Assembly: GCA_044892525.1 (NCBI GenBank)
Contig: CM097885.1
Coordinates: 35,280,001 to 35,344,000 of the forward strand
Direction of reading: 5' to 3'
Source: Schmidtea polychroa
Lineage: Eukaryota
DNA length: 64,000 bases
Translations under genes and position numbers: made by a program
Notes under the pieces: generated by a model
What the model saw: the letters and a program-made list of their open reading frames with translations, nothing else
Databases searched by the model: none
What the model was told of the DNA's origin: nothing
In this document: positions 1 through 7,444 of the stretch, in pieces
Numbering within the stretch: the first letter of the stretch is position 1
Layout of the letters: every line of letters begins with the position of its first letter

Positions 1-312
1 AGAGCAATGCTGATCTAATATTTGATTCGGAATATGATATGTTTTATCATAATTACGGATAATAAAGATACCGCTACATGTTTTCATAGCATTCCTTTTG
101 AAATCAATCTTACATTGACTATAAAATGGGAATGTATTGTACACTAATGTAAAATCTTGCAGTGCAACTTCCCAGTCACCATTTAAAGAAATCGGATTCT
201 GGAGATTGACCATGAATTTACTGGCTTGATTATCTGGATGAATAAGCGGGCAACTATTGCTTGGTAAAATAGTATAAAAATTCACTTTACTAGATCCTTT
301 TCTGATATACAT
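1..312 (-). CDS. Polinton minor capsid protein (penton), N-terminal part; open to window edge
   Basis: Manual translation NFYTILPSNSCPLIHPDNQASKFMVNLQNPISLNGDWEVALQDF matches the Polinton penton N-terminal signature; paralogous to 10326..11030. Confidence 0.85.
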   Translation of the reverse strand, partial: MYIRKGSSKVNFYTILPSNSCPLIHPDNQASKFMVNLQNPISLNGDWEVALQDFTLVYNTFPFYSQCKIDFKRNAMKTCSGIFIIRNYDKTYHIPNQILDQHCS

Positions 313-910
313 GATGGGTTTTGATAACTATGCCATTTAACATAATATTGTTTATCCTTGCCGACCTTTTTAGTTTTCAATATCTTTTGAATTCTAAATA
401 CTTTTGGGGGAGGAATAACTTGTAATTCTTGCTCATAAAACTTTCCTTGTACAATATTGTTATCATAATCACTGATGACATACATTACAGGATTCTGACT
501 AGTATTTATTTTTGAAATTACAAAGACTTCATCACTCCAATTTGTATCGAAATTTTTAATAAATGGTGATGCACTAATTTTACTAATTCTAACATGGTCA
601 CCGACTTTATATTTAGGTTTTGCAATTTTTACAGATTTCTTAGAAGTCAATGATGTTTTTGATGTAATATCAACCGGTCTCAATCCATTCAGTCCTCGAT
701 GTGATGAATGATTATAACTTGTTATTATTTTCGGTAAAGCATTTACCCATTTTTTATTACCTTGATGCACGAATAATTTCTTTAATCTCTCTCTCAATGT
801 TCTGTTAAATCTTTCAACGTGGGCAGCTTTGTATTGAGAATGTACCGAGTAATGGTTTATTTTCAATTTATTGAGGATTTCCTTGACTTTACTGTTGTAG
901 AATTCTTTAC

Positions 911-914
911 CTAA

Positions 915-982
<68 letters not shown>
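911..982 (-). other. 72-nt GT-AG intron made of (ATT)n inside the integrase
   Basis: TTAG|GTATTATT...ATTTTAG|GTAAAGAA; removal converts the poly-Ile run into the canonical QTDLGKEF catalytic motif. Confidence 0.85.
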
Positions 983-1572
983 CTAAATCCGTTTGCAAGT
1001 TATTAGGATGTCCATCTTTAAATAAATCATTAACAGCTTTAGACATTTCATCTGCAGATTTTGCCTTGACGGGTATTGCTCTGGCAAACTGACTGAATAC
1101 ATCAATACATGTTAAAATATATTTATACCCATTGTTAATTTTCGAATAGGGTATCATCTCCATCAAATCCATTTGCCATAAATCATGGTAAAATATTAGT
1201 TGTCTCGCGTCTGTGTGCGCTTTTTTCTTTGTTTTGGTTGTGTGCGCACACAGACGCGTAAAATTAAAATGTAGAAATTTTTAATCCGATCCTCGCGTCT
1301 GTGTGCGCTTTTCTTTTCTTTGTGTTTGGCTGTGTGCACACACAGACGCGAGCAAGAGGTAAGTTGTTAATCTTTTAGATTTTAGATTTTTATCGATTTT
1401 GAATTTGTTAATTAGAGTTGGAATTTTATCGACGTTTGGAATGAATGATGATTAATTTGAATACATGTGGCTATTGCAATAAAGAGAGTTGTTAAAGATG
1501 GCAATGGAACTCGAGTTGTTGAACTCTTATGGATTTGGTTTTTCGTTTTGTATTATGAGCTTCCGATTAAAG

Positions 1573-1776
1573 ATGGCAACATCTAAATATAACGGGGGAT
1601 TGATGGTTCTCGGTGATTTAGTGGCAAGGTTGAATAGAACCCGCAGCAAAATGGAAATAGAAACTATTTGTAAAGACGATGTTATCAGATCTATCAAATC
1701 TATTAAAATTCTGGGTAATGGATTCTCTCTAATCACATTTTCTCGAGACCGGCAATTAGTTCAATCTGTACCTGAG
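1573..1776 (+). pseudogene. SNF8: ESCRT-II subunit SNF8/Vps22 fragment
   Basis: NGGLMVLGDL...DDVIRSIKSIKILGNGF...LVQSVPE resembles the SNF8 segment NGGLITLEEL...DDLIRAIKKLKALGTGF...LIQSVP. Confidence 0.8.
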
Positions 1777-1833
1777 CAAAATGGCCGAATCGATATTGTT
1801 TTGTGTTCAGAAAGGAATAATATGAGATCAAAT

Positions 1834-2110
1834 TTATGTGTAGCTACACAAAGACAGGTTCCAGATAAAATGATTGAGAAGAGTTCAGCTACAAGATTGT
1901 TTAATATTACTGAAAGTACTGGAAGTGTTATGACTGGTATGATCCCTGATTATCGATCTCAAGTATGTCGTGCACAAATGGAAGCAGCTCGATTTAGATA
2001 TAAACATGGATATGAAATGCCTTGCGACATAATAAGTCGTTCTGTTGCGGATATTAAGCAGTTTTCTACCCAATCAACCGAGATGCGACCATTAGGTTGT
2101 TCAATGATGA
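1834..2110 (+). pseudogene. PSMA6: Proteasome subunit alpha-6 fragment
   Basis: TQRQVPDKM..TRLFNITE..VMTGM..RSQV.RAQMEAA.FRYKHGYEMP.D..EMRPLGC is the PSMA6 pattern. Confidence 0.88.
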
Positions 2111-2215
2111 CATTATCTCCTGGTATGGACACGGAAAAACTGTTATTATTCAGAAATAAATTGATTATGTGTTATTATGAATTTGAAAATGAAGAAATCA
2201 TTTATTCAATATGTT

Positions 2216-2416
2216 TTATAAAATCTTGTTGGGAATCGTTTCTGCATTGGTTTGTTCAAACTGTGGGTTTCTTTTTTCGAATTCGGAACTCTTTTGTTTA
2301 ATTTTGCCACTCCACCGAAACCTGCTTCGTCTTCGGGGTTCGTCCAAATCTTCTCCATTACAACAAGAAGATTTAATATTAAATTTAATGTCTGGTAATG
2401 AAGGATTAGCACCCAT
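2216..2416 (-). CDS. Small ORF with N-myristoylation motif (MGANPS), overlapping the integrase start
   Basis: MGxxxS motif; starts 4 nt after the pX-like stop. Confidence 0.4.
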   Translation of the reverse strand: MGANPSLPDIKFNIKSSCCNGEDLDEPRRRSRFRWSGKIKQKSSEFEKRNPQFEQTNAETIPNKIL

Positions 2417-2419
2417 TGT

Positions 2420-2914
2420 TTATGATCGACTTCCTATTATTCCTCCTAATAATGATATTGCTAAAGGTATCAATGCACCGATAAATCCCCCTTGTTGTTT
2501 ATATATAATTTTCCTCATTTGTTGACAATTTTTATTATTTACTAATGATAGCAAAGGTTTCCTATGTTTACTCAATAATTGCTTTTTAGATTTACTGATT
2601 TTAATCTTGCCTTTGACTACTTTAAGTATAATATCGAGTAAATCATCGACAACATAATTTGGAAAAGATTGCAAAATACTGTTTCTTTTCATACTTGGTG
2701 CCTTTAACAATGTATTGAAAAACGGGAAACTCCGATGATTTTTAACAACTTTTAGTTTCTTAGTGGTTTTACTTTGAGGTTTAGGTTTAGGATTTTTCGA
2801 AATAAGATTCATTGCAGGAAAGTTTTCTGTAATAAGTTCTTTAGATGGAGTATAACTAGCTGTTGGTGGAACTTTGGGTTGTTTTTTAATAGATATCCTT
2901 GTTTTTGAAAACAT
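2420..2914 (-). CDS. Basic core / membrane-active protein (adenovirus pX-like, 'GasderminX'-type adintovirus gene)
   Basis: Lys-rich; C-terminal KQQGGFIGALIPLAISLLGG with an adenain-like GG/F site and amphipathic tail; adjacent to the ATPase. Confidence 0.7.
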   Translation of the reverse strand: MFSKTRISIKKQPKVPPTASYTPSKELITENFPAMNLISKNPKPKPQSKTTKKLKVVKNHRSFPFFNTLLKAPSMKRNSILQSFPNYVVDDLLDIILKVVKGKIKISKSKKQLLSKHRKPLLSLVNNKNCQQMRKIIYKQQGGFIGALIPLAISLLGGIIGSRS

Positions 2915-2927
2915 TACTTATATGTTT

Positions 2928-3566
2928 TCAAATTTGTTTTGAACTTTGTTTATAAACCATGGCACCTTTTGGGTTGAAAATATCTGTTTTTACTCGTATA
3001 TCATCAGGACATTGTTGTGTGAAATCGAGAAATATATACCCATGAGGTATTTTCGTAGCATCTTGAAATGCATTGATAAGAAAATTACGGTTATTAGGGT
3101 ATGCTTGTCGTCCAAGAAAATCAATGACAGTTGCATCTCTAGGATTCTTGAAAATAACTAGATATTGTACATTTAAATTACGTGTTCGATGTGCACCACC
3201 TTGATGAAATAGATTTTGTGTTATGAAAATAACTGTTACACCAACATGTCTGCTGATTTTTGTGAATAAATTATTAAAATCCTTTTCTTTCTTGGCTTCT
3301 TGATACAAATCATCGATAATGATGACATCATCTTTCTTCAAACGACTTGACCAGTTTTTATCAAAACCCTTTACTATTTTCATGTTTTTCAATTGACAGA
3401 AACTTGATTGCGTCAATCCATGTTCTTCATCGGCGCCCCTATGCCAATAAATATTGTTGAATTTTGTTTTGAACAAATTTGATTTTAGTAATTTACAAAC
3501 AAATAATGTTTTTCCGCTACCACTTGGACCAACGATTTGGTATACTGCATCATTTCGTAATTCCAT
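2928..3566 (-). CDS. A32/FtsK-like DNA packaging ATPase
   Basis: Walker A GPSGSGKT, Walker B IIIDD, SRH, ITQN, FKNPRD motifs; intact 212 aa. Confidence 0.95.
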   Translation of the reverse strand: MELRNDAVYQIVGPSGSGKTLFVCKLLKSNLFKTKFNNIYWHRGADEEHGLTQSSFCQLKNMKIVKGFDKNWSSRLKKDDVIIIDDLYQEAKKEKDFNNLFTKISRHVGVTVIFITQNLFHQGGAHRTRNLNVQYLVIFKNPRDATVIDFLGRQAYPNNRNFLINAFQDATKIPHGYIFLDFTQQCPDDIRVKTDIFNPKGAMVYKQSSKQI

Positions 3567-3672
3567 TTTTTAAATTTAAACTATATAATTATTGTTTATA
3601 TTGATAATTTAAATGAACTCCTTTTTAAAATAACTATATATATAACAGAGTTTTTATAATTATTTCATTAAA

Positions 3673-4126
3673 ATCCCTTCAAATATAAATTACAGGGCAA
3701 AAGCTGATGTATCAAAAATGATATTTCCAATGTGGAAACCACAACAACTCATCAATAGAAGTAAAAAATATCCAATAATATATTTCAAAACTGGTAAATG
3801 TAGAATTATGGGATGTAAGGAAATAATCAAAGCTAGTGAATATAATGTTTATGATTTAGAAATACAATCGATAACCGTAACTTCCGATATAGGTTTTTCT
3901 TGTAATTTAAATAAATTGGCTAAATTAATACCATGCTTTTACGAACCAGAATTATTTTCAGCTTTGAGATTATATAAAATATAACCCTATATTCGCTAGC
4001 GGTAAGATAGTAATTCTTGGAATAAAAAATATTGATTACAAATGTATAGTTGATAATATCATATCTGAAATTAAATCAATAATTGAAGGAAATGAATTTT
4101 TAGATTTTTTATTATCACTTAATTAA
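3673..4126 (+). pseudogene. TATA-binding protein (TBP)-like homologue; frameshift/small deletion near 3985 and no in-frame ATG at the predicted start
   Basis: SNINY (cf. QNIV), IIYFKTGKCRIMGCK (repeat 1), IQSITVTSDIGF..LNKLA, FYEPELFSAL, then FASGKIVILG from 3992 in another frame (repeat 2). Confidence 0.8.
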
Positions 4127-4247
4127 TTATTTATCATTGCAAATTCAATGCAATTGAAATGCATGATTCTGATTGGTCGAAATCTAATTGGCTGATGATT
4201 ATTTTTAACAAAATGTTTTCGGTTTAGTTGTCATTTATTCAACAAAA

Positions 4248-4326
4248 ATGTACAACATACAAAGTTCCGCAATCATCTCAATGAAAGAGAATGCAAATTA
4301 TGGTAATTTCAAATATTTATTATTAC

Positions 4327-4420
<94 letters not shown>

Positions 4421-4729
4421 GATGAGTATCAATCAATTATCCTGCAAAGATTATGCTTCTATTATCCAGAATTAAATGAAATTCTACAAGATAGAGATCA
4501 AGCTATCATTTCGGATTTGGTATACAACCAAACACGAATCTGGATATTCGATATAATAAACACCTTTCTATGGGATATCAAAATAGGAAGGGTGATGAAA
4601 GAAATGAAACCAGAGGTTCCTTGCATTTTCGGATGTAGCTGTTGCAATTTCCGTTATCAACAATATGTTGAATGGTGTTTGGTGAAGACTCTGAGAAATC
4701 ACCACTCGAGTCAGATTGTATCAAAATAA
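4248..4729 (+). CDS. Unknown Polinton cargo protein with Cys cluster (CIFGCSCC); probable (TA)n intron ~4303-4419
   Basis: ATG 4248, GT at 4303, TTAG at 4416-4419; exon 2 is open from ~4421 to 4729, but the exon phase join is uncertain; CCAAT boxes upstream. Confidence 0.5.
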
Positions 4730-4993
4730 ATTTTTATGTTGAATTGTTTTGTTTTTGTAAATCGAAATAATAGAAATAGAAATAATAATAGTAATAGAAA
4801 TAGTAATAATATAAGTAATAATAGTAATATTAGAAATAATAATAAAAAACAATATTTATAATAAAAACATTAATGCAACATTAATGCAAATAACATGCTA
4901 TTTAAACAAAGACATGCAGCAATCTGATTGGTTGATAAACAATAGTCATAGGTATAAAAACCCTGTACCATTTCATTTTAATCATAATTCACG

Positions 4994-5413
4994 ATGACAA
5001 AGAAAATTTCAAGCACTGAAAAACCAAAAGTTGTTCCAGAACTTGTACAACCTGTTCAAATGTTCCACAACTACAAAATGTATTTTTTAAAAGAAGAAAT
5101 CAATATGAAATTGGTGTCACCGATCAAGCTAATTCCTACCCAATTTCAATTTTTTTCCAGCACACTTTCAATGATAGATATTACATCTATTGATGAGGTT
5201 TTCAAACGGTTGAATACGAATCTATCCTGTAATCAACATGCATTTTTCAACAACCGATATGCAAGATTTTATGATTCCTTTGATGAAATCAGCTTCAAAG
5301 AAAACGAAAATTGGTATATAACAATTGCAATCCAAGGATATAAAGTTGATAATAATGATGTGTATTCTCCAATTTGGAAAATTATGTCTGCTAGACTTTC
5401 ACAAATATTTTAA
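4994..5413 (+). CDS. Possible OB-fold single-stranded DNA-binding protein
   Basis: Intact 139 aa with CCAAT (4927) and TATAAAA (~4953) upstream. C-terminal ITIAIQGY....YSPIWKIM resembles the terminal strands of T7 gp2.5-like viral SSBs (inference). Confidence 0.45.
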   Translation: MTKKISSTEKPKVVPELVQPVQMFHNYKMYFLKEEINMKLVSPIKLIPTQFQFFSSTLSMIDITSIDEVFKRLNTNLSCNQHAFFNNRYARFYDSFDEISFKENENWYITIAIQGYKVDNNDVYSPIWKIMSARLSQIF

Positions 5414-5546
5414 TGTTATATTTAATAAATGTATTAGTCATATTTGTTTTTTCTCTTTATTAATTGCAACATTAATGCAAATGACATGCAAATTTAACAA
5501 AGAAAATCTATAAACAAACTTATAATATAGTTTTAAAGTGTTATTA

Positions 5547-5899
5547 ATGACTACAGAAAAAGGTTAACATGATTAATTAATTTCCAAATTATTTATTATT
5601 TAGAATTATTAATCAACTTTTTGTTGGCAAAATTAGCAGAAATATCTGGTGTAAAAATTGAGGATGTATTATCTGTTACAAATGCATTAAATATCGGCTG
5701 GGTAGTTGAGAGTCAAGATTCAGGATTTGACGATCAGGAAGAAACCGATACTCAAGAAATTGATGACGAAATCTATGAACCTATAGATGAACCTATAGAG
5801 GAACCTAAAGATAATATTACGAATGATTGTATTGATCATGTCGTTGAAAATATAATGAAATGTGGAGATGACGACTGCGAATGTGTTAATAAATTTTAG
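5547..5899 (+). CDS. Acidic small cargo protein, two exons (intron 5563-5603)
   Basis: ATG ACT ACA GAA AAA G|gt...tag|AA TTA joins in frame with ORF 5621; D/E-rich, DSGFD motif, C-terminal Cys residues. Confidence 0.7.
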
Positions 5900-5959
5900 T
5901 TAATTATTGTTTGTAAATTTATTTAAAATTTTATTTAAAAATCAAACAAAATAACTATA

Positions 5960-6480
5960 TTAATTTTTATTTAAAAATCGGGATAAAACATACAAAATAG
6001 CAACACCTGTTGCAAGTTTTATATAGTTTTTAAATTTCTTTTTCTGTTCATCTATTTCCTTCGCATTTCTGGCGAGTTGATTCAGTACGCCCCATCCGCC
6101 ATTGGCTTCAATCCATGGTTGAAACTTTGACTTGATTATCTAGAAAATAAATATTAATAAAATATAGATTATAAAAGTATTACTTCTTGAGACCACTGAT
6201 AATAATGTTCCGAGTCCCATAAACTTTTTTCGATTATGACCTTCATATAAGCGAACCCTACTAGTATTCGGGTCCACTTCATCTCATCGTCACATAGGCA
6301 GTTAAAAATCCTATGAAAATATAATTTTTTCGTTTCGAGACAATCGGAATTGAGCACATCCTCATAATCGATATGATTTCCTTCGATAATCTTTTCGGTC
6401 CGGTCCACCAGGAAACTCAGGCTTTCCACAATCTTCTTGTTGATAACTTCGCTTAAAAGATTTTCCATAAAATGAGACAT
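5960..6480 (-). CDS. Bcl-2 family protein, 158 aa, two exons (6480-6184 and 6139-5960), tail-anchored
   Basis: BH1-like DDEMKWTRILVGFAY. After a 44-nt GT-AG intron comes BH2 PWIEANGGW, then TM YIKLATGVAILYVLSRF and LNKN*. No stops or frameshifts. Confidence 0.85.
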
Positions 6481-6708
6481 TTCTACAATAATTTAAAATA
6501 TGATGTTTTATTTATACTAATACCGTATGATTTTGATTGGTTGATAGACTATAAATGTAAAAGAAAGGTTTTGATTTGATACACCATGAAAACTATATTC
6601 ATATTGCTAATTATTATAACGAGTGTGTGCTAACACAATACTATATATTTTATAATATTCGACTATGTTTTTAGTTAACCATGATTTGTGATAGAAATTT
6701 GAAATTAT

Positions 6709-6804
<96 letters not shown>

Positions 6805-6839
6805 TATCAATAGATAGATCTTATACTAGACTTTAAGAT

Positions 6840-7444
6840 GAGCTATCGATGAGAACACTAACTTGTTGCATGTGTGGACACTAATAATATTTTTACACAT
6901 TGTGTGTGACCATAGGGGGACAGAATATCTTGTCGGATAGACTATATATACAAAGTATGTGCAATAATTTTATTTTGTCAACTTAATCGTCAAAATAAGT
7001 TTTTTAAAATTTAAAATTTAAAATACCGCAACGTAATATATTCAATAATTAAAATATAATTAAAATTTAAAATACCGCAACGTAATATATTTAATAATTA
7101 AAATATAATTAAAATTTAAAATACCGCAACGTAATATATTTAATAATTAAAATATAATTAAATTTTAAAATACCGCAACGTAATATATTTTAAAAGTATG
7201 ATGTGTCTTTGTTCAAAATTTTCCCCTTTGTTATGCAATATGTCTTTGTTACGTAATATGTCTTTGTTTCAATGACCTTGATGAGTCATATGTCCTTGTT
7301 ACGTAATTTTTAAAATAAAATAAAAAAAAATTTTAAAAAAATTAAAAACCCCCTCCCCGGGGTGGAGGTATGACGTCATATGTCTTTGTGACGTCATCGA
7401 TGGCGTCATATGTCTTTGTTCCCGGCTCCACACATTACCCTACT
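6840..7444. repeat. Polinton terminal/subterminal region (probable TIR)
   Basis: Colinear homology with ~30745-31302 and ~18100-18258; TATGTCTTTGTT repeats, GC block, TGACGTCA at 7371 and 7389. Confidence 0.75.
7008..7193. repeat. 49-bp tandem repeat (~3.7 copies) containing AAAATACCGCAACGTAAT
   Basis: CCG core recurs at 7026, 7075, 7124 and 7173. Confidence 0.9.

Larger units (their letters stand above)
1197..2207 (+). mobile_element. Insertion in the integrase carrying captured host gene fragments, with two GC-rich hairpins at its left end
   Basis: Splits the integrase; possible AATAT duplication at 1192-1196 and 2208-2212; inverted repeats CGCGTCTGTGTG/CACACAGACGCG at ~1206-1258 and ~1292-1352. 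Confidence 0.6.
282..2358 (-). pseudogene. Polinton retroviral-type integrase with C-terminal chromodomain; N-terminus (2358-2208) separated from the core by a ~1 kb insertion; one intron
   Basis: HDLWQMDL, YILTCIDVFS, QTDLGKEF after intron removal, VERFNRTL, YNHSSHR, and chromodomain FRIQKILK..YYVKW. N-terminal MEKIWTNPEDEAGFGG at 2358. Confidence 0.92.
1..7444. mobile_element. Polinton/Maverick (adintovirus-like) element A, right arm; left part lies outside the window
   Basis: Penton, integrase, pX-like and ATPase genes on the minus strand, followed by cargo genes. Ends at ...CCACACATTACCCTACT (7444), i.e. a 5'-AGTAG terminus also seen at 17983, 18258 and 31302. Abuts a Gypsy RNase H sequence. 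Confidence 0.92.

Noticed and set aside
5850..5899. LxCxE Rb-binding motif in the acidic protein
   Set aside because: The sequence is MKCGD/DCEC, not LxCxE.
7008..7193. 49-bp periodic repeat as CRISPR
   Set aside because: The spacers are essentially identical; this is a simple tandem repeat.
7410..7444. Start of ORF 7410..8030 as a real gene
   Set aside because: The ATG lies in the Polinton terminus and is fused by chance to Gypsy pol.
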